A stretch of 64,000 bases of DNA from Vampirovibrionales bacterium (GCA_947458095.1 CANGYO010000002.1:919-64918), one strand, 5' to 3'; shown: positions 26,082 through 35,229, counted from the stretch's first letter. Made by a program: numbers and translations. The notes: generated by a model not told the origin, from the letters alone.

Positions 26082-28364
26082 CTAAACGGTCGCTTTGGTT
26101 TTTTGATTAGCCGCGTTCATGGCGGATCCCGCCTTGAACCACGCCACTTGTTCTTGAGCATAGCTATGCACCAAGGGGATCTGTACCGTGTCGCCGTTGG
26201 CTTTTTTAATCGTAGCGATAATCTCCGAATGAGGCGCCAAAGACGATTGACCGTCTAGGCTGATGAGGTCGTCAATGGAAACCACCTCATAATCGGCTTT
26301 GTTTTTGAAGGTCAACGCCAAAACGCCTTGCTTTTTCAAGTTCGTTTCGTGAATTCGTGCAAAACTACGCGCAATCACGGCTTTGACGCCAAACAAACGA
26401 GGCGACATCGCCGCATGTTCACGACTCGACCCTTCACCGTAGTTTTCATCCCCCACGATGATGGATCCGTTTTGATCTTTCAGTGTTTTCGCCTTCAACG
26501 CCCACGCTGAAACAGGACGCTCAGTACCGTTAATCACCATGTTCACAGGTTCCGCCTGCTTACCAGTGGATGCATCCACGGCGGTTAAGAGCATATTGTG
26601 GCTAATGCCTGTTAAGTGACCACGCAACGGCAACCAAAAACGCCCAGCAGGTGAAATGTGATCGGTCGTCGTTTGCCCCTGCGTTTTGACGAGTACAGGG
26701 ACATCGCTAAAGTCGCTTTGGGTGTTGAACGCCTTAAACGGCTGTAAAATTTCCAAACGATGACTCTGCGGATCCACCACAACAGTGAGGTGATCCCGCT
26801 TTTCAAGGGGGGGCGTGTACCCTTCCCAACTAATGGTGAAGCCTTGTTCAGGAATATCCAAAGCGGTAGGCACAGGCAACTTTTCGCCGTCGAGTTCATC
26901 GGTGACAGGATTGAAGTGCGTCGAGCCTGCTAAGGCGTAGGCAATCACGAGATCAGGGCTTCCGATGAAGGAAAGGGTTTCCGCATTGCCGTCATTACGT
27001 TTGGGGAAATTACGGTTAAACGAGGTGATAATGGCGTTCTGCCCTGCTGGCATACTGGTTCTGTCCCAATTGCCGATGCAAGGACCGCAAGCGTTGGCTA
27101 AAACCACCGCTCCCAACTCTTCAAAGACCGCCAAAATTCCTGTAGATTTAATCGTTTCATAGACTTGAATCGATCCAGGGGTAATAAACAAAGGCGCCTT
27201 CAATTTAATGCCACGCTTAATGGCGGCACGAGCAATCACCGCAGCACGCTCTAAATCTTCATAGCTAGAGTTCGTACAAGAACCAATCAAGGTTGCACTG
27301 AAAACGTCAGGCCAAGCGTTTGCCGTCACTTCGGCGGAAAACTTGGAAATCGGTCTGGCACGATCAGGGCTGTGAGGGCCGACCAAGTAAGGCTCTAGGG
27401 CATTCAAATCAATTTCAATCACTTCGTCAAAGTATTGAGACGGATTGGCGTAAACATCGGCATCGCCACGCAAGTCTTCGGCGTATTCGTTGGCTAAATC
27501 AGCGATGTCTGCTCGTTCAGTGGCACGCAAGTAACGTTCCATGCTCGCATCATATGCAAATAAAGACGTCGTCGCTCCTAGCTCCGCCCCCATATTGGTG
27601 ATGGTGCCTTTGCCTGTGCAACTCATTGCAGTCGCCCCTTCGCCGAAGTATTCGACGATTTTGTTGGTGCCACCTTTGGTGGTCAAAATCTCAAGCACTT
27701 TAAGGATAATATCTTTAGGTGACGTCCAACCGTTTAATTTGCCTTTCAAGTGAACACCGACCATTTTCGGCGCACGAACATCCCACGTTAAACCTGCCAT
27801 GACATCGGCGGCATCAGCTCCACCTACGCCAATAGCGATCATTCCAAGTCCGCCTGCATTCGGCGTATGGCTGTCGGTTCCGAGCATCATGCCACCGGGG
27901 TAGGCATGCTTTTCAAGCACCACTTGGTGGATGATTCCACTACCTGGACCCCAAAAACCCATGCCGTATTTTTGGGCAGCGGATTCTAAGAAGGCGTAGA
28001 CTTCTTTGTTTTCTTCGTTGGCTTGCACCATATCCAAATCCGCCCCGACTTTGGAGCGAATGAGGTGGTCGCAATGCACGGTAGAAGGCACCGCAACGGT
28101 GTCACGACCCGCTTGCATGAATTGTAAAATCGCCATTTGAGCGGTGGCATCTTGCATCGCCACACGAGCAGGACGCAACGCCAACATGGAAACACCACGA
28201 TCGATGCCTTCTAGCGTATTGATGTCATCGACGTGAGCGATGAGGATTTTTTCAGCGGTAGTCAGGGTATTACGCCCGAGTTGTTCTTTGGCTTTGGCAA
28301 TTTTTTGACGAGCGGCTTCATAATGCGAACGAATACGTTTGAGGGTTTCTTGCTTGTTTTCCAT
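26082..28364 (-). CDS. acn: aconitate hydratase, short (mitochondrial-type) form
   Basis: 760 aa. Motifs HCDHLI, GTDSHTPNAGGLG, IGSCTNSSYEDL and NACGPCIGNW. Confidence 0.93.
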   Translation of the reverse strand: MENKQETLKRIRSHYEAARQKIAKAKEQLGRNTLTTAEKILIAHVDDINTLEGIDRGVSMLALRPARVAMQDATAQMAILQFMQAGRDTVAVPSTVHCDHLIRSKVGADLDMVQANEENKEVYAFLESAAQKYGMGFWGPGSGIIHQVVLEKHAYPGGMMLGTDSHTPNAGGLGMIAIGVGGADAADVMAGLTWDVRAPKMVGVHLKGKLNGWTSPKDIILKVLEILTTKGGTNKIVEYFGEGATAMSCTGKGTITNMGAELGATTSLFAYDASMERYLRATERADIADLANEYAEDLRGDADVYANPSQYFDEVIEIDLNALEPYLVGPHSPDRARPISKFSAEVTANAWPDVFSATLIGSCTNSSYEDLERAAVIARAAIKRGIKLKAPLFITPGSIQVYETIKSTGILAVFEELGAVVLANACGPCIGNWDRTSMPAGQNAIITSFNRNFPKRNDGNAETLSFIGSPDLVIAYALAGSTHFNPVTDELDGEKLPVPTALDIPEQGFTISWEGYTPPLEKRDHLTVVVDPQSHRLEILQPFKAFNTQSDFSDVPVLVKTQGQTTTDHISPAGRFWLPLRGHLTGISHNMLLTAVDASTGKQAEPVNMVINGTERPVSAWALKAKTLKDQNGSIIVGDENYGEGSSREHAAMSPRLFGVKAVIARSFARIHETNLKKQGVLALTFKNKADYEVVSIDDLISLDGQSSLAPHSEIIATIKKANGDTVQIPLVHSYAQEQVAWFKAGSAMNAANQKTKATV

Positions 28365-28613
28365 TTGGAATTCTTCCTTTCAGACATGGGGAGACCTCTG
28401 TTTTTAAATATATAGAGGTATAACACAACGTAAAAGACTCCTTCCATTATAGCAATAAAACGCAAAAGAAAACCATTTTTTTGAAAGCTACAACGCTTAA
28501 GGCAATTCTTAAGACTTCCTAAACGTCTCGTCTAAAAAGCATTTCCTATGCTATTTTAGAAAAAGCCTCATTAGGAAGGCGTTTTATATGGATACAAAGA
28601 AGGAGTCCACTCC

Positions 28614-29102
28614 ATGATGACCACTGCCACCCAAGACTTAGCCAAAGTGAAGAGCCTTGCCAAAGACTTAGGCAAAGAAGCCCCCAGAAGCCCCTATTCC
28701 AGGGAAATTGCTGGCATTCTTTTGCTCGCTCGTGTGGTGGACAAAGCCCGTGCCCAATTGGTGGGACTCATCCCCAACAAGGATATTTACGAATACGGTG
28801 CGCCTGCGGACAGAAGCCTGTTCAAGCAGTTTTCGCTTGATGCCCAAGCCCTTGAAGCCTATATCGCCACAGGTGCCAGCGATGCCGAAATCGGCGAGTG
28901 GGTGCTGGCAAATGGTGAAAACACCGATGCAGAATCCATTGCCGTTTACAACAACGGGTGGAAGTCCAAGCGTTTGGCGGATTTAGCCCCTGCCTCTCAA
29001 GCCCATATTGAAAAATTGCTCAAGCAAGCGAATCTCCTTGAAAAGACGGATCGCTTGCGTTATTTAATCGATGTGTTGGATGCCAAAGACGGTCGTTTTT
29101 AA
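28614..29102 (+). CDS. DUF5069-like protein
   Basis: 162 aa. The PRSPYSREIAGILLLARVVDKARA segment resembles DUF5069 from memory. Confidence 0.5.
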   Translation: MMTTATQDLAKVKSLAKDLGKEAPRSPYSREIAGILLLARVVDKARAQLVGLIPNKDIYEYGAPADRSLFKQFSLDAQALEAYIATGASDAEIGEWVLANGENTDAESIAVYNNGWKSKRLADLAPASQAHIEKLLKQANLLEKTDRLRYLIDVLDAKDGRF

Positions 29103-29126
29103 GGTTTAGAGACGGGCTTAATTCCC

Positions 29127-29323
29127 GACACACGAAACTCGATTTTTGACACACAAAACCTGCTGTTTTGGCACACAAAACCCCTGATTCTGTCACACGA
29201 AACCGTTTGTTTTGACACATAAAACCCCTGATTCTGTCACACGAAACCGTTTGTTTTGACACATAAAACCTTCGTTTCTGACACACGAAACTCTCGTTTC
29301 CGACACATACAATCCTGAGAAAA
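29127..29323. repeat. tandem array of about nine 21-23-bp units
   Basis: Units start at 29127, 29148, 29171, 29192, 29214, 29236, 29258, 29280 and 29302. Each has the form G(A/T/C)CACA(C/T)(G/A/C)AAAC...TTT. 29177-29220 is exactly repeated at 29221-29264. Confidence 0.9.
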
Positions 29324-29393
29324 CGTCATGTTGTTGTAACGAAACATCTCCTCCCCTGTCTTGGGAGATCCTTCACCTACGTTCAGGATGACG
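29324..29393. repeat. palindromic hairpin repeat, type II
   Basis: CGTCATGTTGTTGTAACGAAACATCTCC ... GGAGATCCTTCACCTACGTTCAGGATGACG. Same subtype as 39457. Confidence 0.75.
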
Positions 29394-29513
29394 ATTTATG
29401 CGTTTTTCAAAGAACTACTCTTCTTTAGCATGACACCTTATTGATCCTTTGCCTAGTGCAGAAACACCACTATATTTTTATTCAACACGCTTTGTAACAA
29501 ATTTGATATGTTC

Positions 29514-29542
29514 TTGACGAGACCTTCAAAAATCACTATACT
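29514..29542 (+). promoter_or_regulatory. sigma70-like promoter candidate
   Basis: TTGACG, 17-nt spacer, TATACT, about 50 nt upstream of a small ORF with an AAGGA RBS. Confidence 0.4.
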
Positions 29543-29590
29543 GAAGGCTTCCTAAATCACATTCCCCCCAACAACATCAAGGATTTTCTG

Positions 29591-29731
29591 ATGTCTGGTT
29601 TATTACCTTTTGTACGTGAATTTTTGCCCCCAGGAACTCGTTCGACAGGCATAAAAAAGTACCCAATCCTATCCCTAGAGAAACAGCTCAACAACTTGAA
29701 GAAAGGGCTAGGCAAAATTTGTTTAAATTAG
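29591..29731 (+). CDS. small ORF (46 aa), possibly the 5' part of a frame-broken gene
   Basis: ATG preceded by CAAGGA. Another frame is open over 29620..29850. See findings. Confidence 0.2.
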   Translation: MSGLLPFVREFLPPGTRSTGIKKYPILSLEKQLNNLKKGLGKICLN

Positions 29732-29834
29732 ATGCCTTAGTTGAACAAGGCAAAAGTTTACCTACTCGGGTACTTTCAGAAGCCTTCGGAACTCCAGTAA
29801 ATTCAGCCCTTGGAAAACAAACTCAATTTCCTCC

Positions 29835-30980
29835 CTACTGGAATGTATAGGGCATCGTCGCCAGCGAGACGTTTTCTTCGGCGAGGCGTTTGAGCAGGTG
29901 GTGCAAATACGCCTGATGCACATCTCGATACACCGTGTAATCGGCATCTTCCACAAAGTAAACGACTTCAAAGACGAAGGCAAAATCCCCACAATCTGCC
30001 AGATGCACACGCTCCAGCGTGGCTTTGTCAAAGTCTTTAAACCCTTCCGTCACCCAAGTGGGAATGGCATCCAGTACGTCTAAGGGCGTGTCATACGGCA
30101 CGTTAAAGCGATGTTCCACCCGACGCCGTTGCATACGGGTGTAGTTGCGAATACGGCTTTTCATCAAGTCATTATTGGGAATCACCAAAAATTCGCCGTC
30201 TAAGCCTTCAAGCCGTGTGGAGCGTAAGCCAATATGCGTAACCGTGCCTTTAAAGTCGTTGGTGATGATGAATTCACCAATAAGAAAGGGTTTGTCTAAC
30301 GCAATCGACAAGGAGGCGATGAGATCGCCTAAAACGTTCTGCAGAGCCAGCCCAAGGGCAAGTCCCCCCACGCCTAAGGAGGTGACCAAGGCGGTGACGT
30401 TGACCCCTTTGAAATCTAAGCCCACCAGTAAAACGAGGCTCCAACCCACCAAGACGACCAAGAACGTGACAGGCCCCATAAGGGTTTGCAGGGAAAGGCG
30501 TTGCTTTTCATCGGCTTGCGCATCCACATAATGGGTGAGGGTGACTTTGGTCAGCGGCTTAATCCACAAGGCGACTTGCAAAAGCAGGGCATAAATGGGG
30601 AAGGGGTCAAAAAAGGCATCGACGGGTTTGCTAAACTTAAGCGGTATTTCCGCCACATAAATCGCCAAAATAAACAGGACGACAGGGCTAATCGTGGCAA
30701 TGGCTTTCAGCAGAAACTTTTTTAGAAAACTCAAGCCCCTAGGCGTATACACAGACGTTATTTTTGTGAGCGGTTGGCTAATGGCTAGGCACACTAGGCG
30801 AATGCCCCAAAACACAACAAGCCCCAACGCCACTGAAAACAGCCACGCACTAAGGGGGTTGCCGAACCATTCCACCGTGTCTAAAAACGTGCCTTGCACA
30901 GACTGATTCACCACGTCGGACGTGGCTTGAATCGTTTGGGTGGCTTCTTCAACGGTGCTTTGCACGTGTTTGGTAATCAT
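29835..30980 (-). CDS. mechanosensitive ion channel (MscS family)
   Basis: Several TM helices followed by an MscS beta-domain region (VGDLIASLSIALDKPFLIGEFI...GTVTHIGLRSTRL). ATG at 30980 follows AAAGGA. Confidence 0.85.
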   Translation of the reverse strand: MITKHVQSTVEEATQTIQATSDVVNQSVQGTFLDTVEWFGNPLSAWLFSVALGLVVFWGIRLVCLAISQPLTKITSVYTPRGLSFLKKFLLKAIATISPVVLFILAIYVAEIPLKFSKPVDAFFDPFPIYALLLQVALWIKPLTKVTLTHYVDAQADEKQRLSLQTLMGPVTFLVVLVGWSLVLLVGLDFKGVNVTALVTSLGVGGLALGLALQNVLGDLIASLSIALDKPFLIGEFIITNDFKGTVTHIGLRSTRLEGLDGEFLVIPNNDLMKSRIRNYTRMQRRRVEHRFNVPYDTPLDVLDAIPTWVTEGFKDFDKATLERVHLADCGDFAFVFEVVYFVEDADYTVYRDVHQAYLHHLLKRLAEENVSLATMPYTFQ

Positions 30981-31067
30981 GAGGTATCCTTTTTGCAAAT
31001 TGCCTTTTTTAGCAGATCTGTTCTATGATTATACTATAGAAAAGGTTGCGAAACTTAAAAAATACAC

Positions 31068-31147
31068 CGTCATTGCGAGTGAAACGAAGCAATCTGTTCA
31101 CCACTTGCGGCGTCTTTACAGATTGCCACGCTACGCTCGCAATGACG
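31068..31147. repeat. palindromic hairpin repeat, type I
   Basis: CGTCATTGCGAGTGAAACGAAGCAATCTG ... CAGATTGCCACGCTACGCTCGCAATGACG. Confidence 0.85.
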
Positions 31148-31170
31148 AAAACAAGTCAAAGGATTTACAA

Positions 31171-31875
31171 ATGAATCAATTTGCCCCTGCTCCCCTCCCT
31201 CGCTTTGTGGTTTCGGTGCAAGCTGAAGACCACGAACCTTTGGCTCCCACAATGGTTATGCTCGCCCTGTGTGAAAGCGTCCTCGCAGGCGGGGCGGAAG
31301 GGCTACGTCTGGCGAATGTGGATCTCATCCGCCACGTGAAGCAAAAATATCCGACTCTACCGATAATTGGCTTGCATAAGCCGTATCCCTTGCCGAACGC
31401 TCCGAAAGAAGTGGTCTACATCACCCGATGCCTTGAAGATGCCCTTGCCCTTGCCGAAGCAGGGACGGACATCGTCGCCCTAGATGCCACGCCTCGCCCA
31501 CGAGAAGCTTCGCTTGCGGAAATCATCCGCACGCTAAAGCAGGTTCATCCGCAAGTGAAGGTCATGGGGGATGTGGATTCGATCACGTCGGCTCATTTTG
31601 CGGTGGAAGCAGGCGTGGATATTTTGAGCAGTACCTTAAATGGTTATACGCTTGAAACGCAGGACGCTTCAACGACGTCGCCTAATTTTACGTTTTTAGA
31701 AGCACTGGTCAAGACTTTTGCTCATTTGCCTGTTTACCTAGAAGGGCGTGTGTGGACTGTGGCAGACGTGCATCGGGGGCTTGACTTGGGGGCGTACGGC
31801 GTGGTAATTGGTTCAGCGATTACACGCCCGCATCAGATTACGGCTCGTTTTAAAGCAGGCTTTAATGTCATTTAA
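31171..31875 (+). CDS. nanE: N-acetylmannosamine-6-phosphate 2-epimerase
   Basis: 234 aa from ATG 31171. NanE-like throughout (VSVQAEDHEPL, IVALDAT, VIGSAITRP). The ORF-track start 30940 would read through the hairpin repeat. Confidence 0.88.
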   Translation: MNQFAPAPLPRFVVSVQAEDHEPLAPTMVMLALCESVLAGGAEGLRLANVDLIRHVKQKYPTLPIIGLHKPYPLPNAPKEVVYITRCLEDALALAEAGTDIVALDATPRPREASLAEIIRTLKQVHPQVKVMGDVDSITSAHFAVEAGVDILSSTLNGYTLETQDASTTSPNFTFLEALVKTFAHLPVYLEGRVWTVADVHRGLDLGAYGVVIGSAITRPHQITARFKAGFNVI

Positions 31876-31922
31876 AGGCGTGAAGCTTGTGTCGAAGACT
31901 CTGTACAACTCACAAAACACAC

Positions 31923-32003
31923 CGTCATTGCGAGTGTAACGAAGCAATCTGTTCCCCCACCTGTGTCGTCTTTACAGATTGCCACGCTACGCTCGCAATG
32001 ACG
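31923..32003. repeat. palindromic hairpin repeat, type I
   Basis: Arms almost identical to the copy at 31068 and in the same orientation. Confidence 0.85.
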
Positions 32004-32154
32004 AAACAAGCGTTTCAAAAGTTCATAGAATTAGTGGAAGATTGCTCTCATTTTCCCATAGGCTTTTTAGCATGTGTTATTTTAACTATATCGCCGAGCT
32101 TAAGGCAACAAATAACGAATTAAGATTTTTACGAATTAGAGAGAGGTTAACCTC

Positions 32155-32607
32155 ATGATGAGTCAGCACTTTGAACGTGGCACTGTGCCTAATTTACGTC
32201 GCCGTGTGAGTTTAGAAATATCCTACACCCATTCGGTCAACTATGAAGAACCCATCATTGATGAGCAAGACGCAACAGGCTCCTTGTTTCAAGTTGACAA
32301 CGACACCTATATCATCGCCTTTGATTCAGAACTCAACGGCAAGCGTCAAACCAACACACTTAAACTGCATGACGGTGTCATGTCTTGGGTCATTATTGGG
32401 GATGCTCACACACGCCAAACCTTCAAGCAAGGCGAATGGTATTCCAACCAGTTTTTTGTGGATGGGGCATCGTTTACCTGTCGTAACCGCACCCGTCGTT
32501 TGGACTATCACTTTAATGAAGAAGGTGGGTTCATCGATATTTTTTATGAATTGTATTCTGGCGAAACGCATTTGGGGTATTATAGTTTGGAAGTTTACAT
32601 TCATTAA
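32155..32607 (+). CDS. DUF1934-like small beta-barrel protein
   Basis: 150 aa. The alternating beta-strand pattern and the G..I.I.YEL...G.Y.LE ending recall DUF1934/YwiB. Motif-level only. Confidence 0.45.
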   Translation: MMSQHFERGTVPNLRRRVSLEISYTHSVNYEEPIIDEQDATGSLFQVDNDTYIIAFDSELNGKRQTNTLKLHDGVMSWVIIGDAHTRQTFKQGEWYSNQFFVDGASFTCRNRTRRLDYHFNEEGGFIDIFYELYSGETHLGYYSLEVYIH

Positions 32608-32748
32608 GATTAAGCAAATATAACGCATTGAAAATGATTATTTCGGTTTTATGCTAAAAGGATTACAATAATCGTAAGTTGGTGTATAATTATTCTATTA
32701 AGCATGACTTTATAGGAACACCTTAAACTTTCCTGAAAGCGTATTTCA

Positions 32749-34179
32749 ATGACCTCTGGTTTTCAGTATAGTAAAACATCAGATCTTTCTGCACCGCAAA
32801 ATGGCGTTGTGGTGTCTTCTGCAAAGCGTCCTTTGTATTGGTCAACCACGCCGTTTAACTACCCCACCTTAAGCAAGGTGATTCAAGCTGAAAAAACGGA
32901 TGACTTTCAAAACTCGCAGACGCCTGAAGAAAATAAGCAAGAAGATACGACCACCTTCACCCCTGAAGAAGCCAAACGTTTAAACGTCTTGGTGCAAACC
33001 GATGCCTTGTTAGACAATCCCAAGTTTGAACCCGCCCATGCCAGCTTAATTGGTTTGAAAGAAGGGGCAAAAATAGGGGCTTTAATTGGCTTGCCTTTAG
33101 CCACCGTGATGATGGGGCTTCGTGCCGTTCAAGCCGAACAGCAAAGAAAAAAAATCCAGTCATTTTTTACCAAAATACCCAAACACTATTTTGCGGTATT
33201 TGGTTTTGAATCTTTTGAACATTTAGTACATGACGGAAAAAAGTGGGAAGACTTAACTCTAAAACGTGCGGCTAAAGTCATTTACGGCACGGGGCTTTCC
33301 GCCTTGATTGGGGGACTCTTTTTTGGGCCTGCGGTGGCTTTTTTAATTGTTTCTAATGCTCGTAGTAAGTTGCAAAACATCAAGCGTTCGATTAAAAACG
33401 ATTATAAAGATTACCAACCTGATTTTATCGACAAGCATTTTAGTCATATTGACAAGGTGGACGATCCGCAAAGTGAATACAATAAAGTGCGTCAAGAACT
33501 GACCAATAAAAGAGACGCTGCGGCGAATGGATTCCATACCGCTGTGTTTGTCAAAGTGCTTACATTGGGATCTAAATTAGCGGCAGCGGGCATTTTGGGT
33601 GGATTGTTTGAAGTAGGGCGTCATAGCTGGGGATATTGGGACAAGGTGAAGGATCGTCCGAAAAACAAGGGGCTTGATTATAGAACAACAAAAGACAGTA
33701 AGAAGTTAGAACTCAATAACTACGCACGTGTTAAGAAAGACTTGCGTTTTGGATGTCACGAACAAGGGCATCTAGGTAGTGGAAAACTCGGCTTGTTTTA
33801 TCAACAAAATGACTTGTCTCGTCAAGAAATGCTAGAATTAGAAAAATCAGCCAATACCTTAATCGACTCTTTAGAAAAAACCAGCTTCAAAAATTGGATG
33901 ACCTATATCGGCGTGCGTTTAAAGCATTCGCCTATTACGCATTTGTTGAAGGAAACAGGCACGCACCTCATTAATCCCCTCATGCTCGGTAACTTTTTAA
34001 TCACCCCTGCCGTGGTCGCCTTAAGTATGATTCCTTTCTTCGTGAATGAAGTGGGTGTTGAACCTTACCATCCGATGAATCCTGAAGGCAGTCGTTGGAA
34101 AAAGCTGTTGAAAGGGATTCGCTTGAGTCCTCAAAAAGCAGAAGAGACGAAGGCTAGTACGAATCCTGCACAGGGTTAA
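32749..34179 (+). CDS. hypothetical multi-pass membrane protein
   Basis: 476-aa ORF with four Gly-rich hydrophobic segments. No family recognised. Confidence 0.6.
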   Translation: MTSGFQYSKTSDLSAPQNGVVVSSAKRPLYWSTTPFNYPTLSKVIQAEKTDDFQNSQTPEENKQEDTTTFTPEEAKRLNVLVQTDALLDNPKFEPAHASLIGLKEGAKIGALIGLPLATVMMGLRAVQAEQQRKKIQSFFTKIPKHYFAVFGFESFEHLVHDGKKWEDLTLKRAAKVIYGTGLSALIGGLFFGPAVAFLIVSNARSKLQNIKRSIKNDYKDYQPDFIDKHFSHIDKVDDPQSEYNKVRQELTNKRDAAANGFHTAVFVKVLTLGSKLAAAGILGGLFEVGRHSWGYWDKVKDRPKNKGLDYRTTKDSKKLELNNYARVKKDLRFGCHEQGHLGSGKLGLFYQQNDLSRQEMLELEKSANTLIDSLEKTSFKNWMTYIGVRLKHSPITHLLKETGTHLINPLMLGNFLITPAVVALSMIPFFVNEVGVEPYHPMNPEGSRWKKLLKGIRLSPQKAEETKASTNPAQG

Positions 34180-35095
34180 AAAGTTGGTGATGCGCCTTCT
34201 TAATATGTTGACGAGACACGTGCGTGTAAATCTGTGTGGTGGAAATATCCGCATGCCCCAAAAGTTCTTGTACGACACGCAAGTCGGCTCCATTTTCGAG
34301 CAAATGCGTGGCAAAACTATGCCGAAACGTATGCGGAGAAAAATCCTTGCCAATTAACGCCCCCCAGCGTTGCGTCCAATTATAAACCTCTTTCCGTAAA
34401 TACGGACGAGCCTTCCCATTCGGCGGATGCTCATTCCACAAGACGTAGCCTTGCGTCGCTTCCGCAGGCTTAATCATCAAAGCACGCTCAAGGACATCTA
34501 AACTCGCAGGTGCCAACGGCACAAGGCGTTCCTTGTTGCCTTTGCCGATGCACCTTAAAAAGCCTGCACGGCGTTCGACATGCTTCCACTGTAAAGCAAT
34601 CAACTCACTCACCCGTAACCCACAGGCGTAAAGGAGTTCAAGGGCAAGGCATTCATCAGGGTTATGGATTTTTTCGTAGAGTTTTTGGATGTCGGATGCT
34701 TTTAAGACGGTGGGGAGCGTATGAATCTGCTTAGGCAGTTCCAGCCATTCAAAGATGTTGACATCAAGCCAGCCTTTTGCCATTAGCCATAAGAAGAAGC
34801 CTCGAACGCTTGAGGTTTTCCGCATCATCGTACGGCTTTTGCGTCCTGCTTTACGCAAGTGAGACAGGTAAAAGTTTACATGTTTGCGTTTCATTAAACT
34901 TAGGGCGAGAGGGGCGTCGTCTTCATTGAGCAAAGGCGTTTCAGCAAGGGTGTACAGGTCGCTTTCGCTCAAGATGTTCAAAAACTCTTGGATGTCTCGC
35001 TCGTAGGCTTCAAGCGTATGCTTCGAATACTGGCGTTCTTCACGCAAGTGTTCAGTGTAATCGGCAAGGGCTTGAAAGCATCGGGCATACGACAT
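34154..35095 (-). CDS. tyrosine recombinase, XerC/XerD family
   Basis: 313 aa. Catalytic region HTFRHSFATHLLENGADLRVVQELLGHADISTTQIYTHV. Confidence 0.85.
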   Translation of the reverse strand: MSYARCFQALADYTEHLREERQYSKHTLEAYERDIQEFLNILSESDLYTLAETPLLNEDDAPLALSLMKRKHVNFYLSHLRKAGRKSRTMMRKTSSVRGFFLWLMAKGWLDVNIFEWLELPKQIHTLPTVLKASDIQKLYEKIHNPDECLALELLYACGLRVSELIALQWKHVERRAGFLRCIGKGNKERLVPLAPASLDVLERALMIKPAEATQGYVLWNEHPPNGKARPYLRKEVYNWTQRWGALIGKDFSPHTFRHSFATHLLENGADLRVVQELLGHADISTTQIYTHVSRQHIKKAHHQLFNPVQDSY

Positions 35096-35147
35096 TAAGG
35101 AGGTGTTTCTTTCTGTTGAAAGGTCTGCGAAAGTCTAAAATTACCGC

Positions 35148-35229
35148 TGTCATTGCGAGCGTAGCGTGGCAATCTGTCAAGACTCTGCAGGTGGAGAAAC
35201 AGATTGCTTCACATGCGTTCGCAATGACG
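35148..35229. repeat. palindromic hairpin repeat, type I
   Basis: TGTCATTGCGAGCGTAGCGTGGCAATCTG ... CAGATTGCTTCACATGCGTTCGCAATGACG. Orientation is opposite to 31068 and 31923. Confidence 0.85.

Noticed and set aside
29020-29286. 88-aa minus-strand ORF
   Set aside because: It is translated from the tandem 22-bp array (repetitive ...CQK.RF.V... peptide) and overlaps the DUF5069-like gene end.
29127-29323. Possible CRISPR array
   Set aside because: The 22-bp units are directly adjacent with no unique spacers, are shorter than CRISPR repeats, and no cas genes are nearby.
30940-31170. N-terminal 77-aa extension of the nanE ORF in the ORF track
   Set aside because: It reads through the palindromic hairpin repeat (the ...VIASETKQS... 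and ...LPRYARNDE... peptides are repeat-derived) and overlaps the mscS start. ATG 31171 gives a normal-length NanE.
32243-32623. 126-aa ORF overlapping the 32155..32607 ORF in another frame, and the 100-aa antisense ORF 32326..32628
   Set aside because: The 32155 frame has an RBS and a beta-barrel-like sequence pattern. The alternatives lack both.
34154-35095. Integrase marking a prophage or integrative island
   Set aside because: Its size and motifs fit chromosomal XerC/D. No phage, conjugation or att-like tRNA junction genes are adjacent, and the flanking repeats belong to the dispersed hairpin family.
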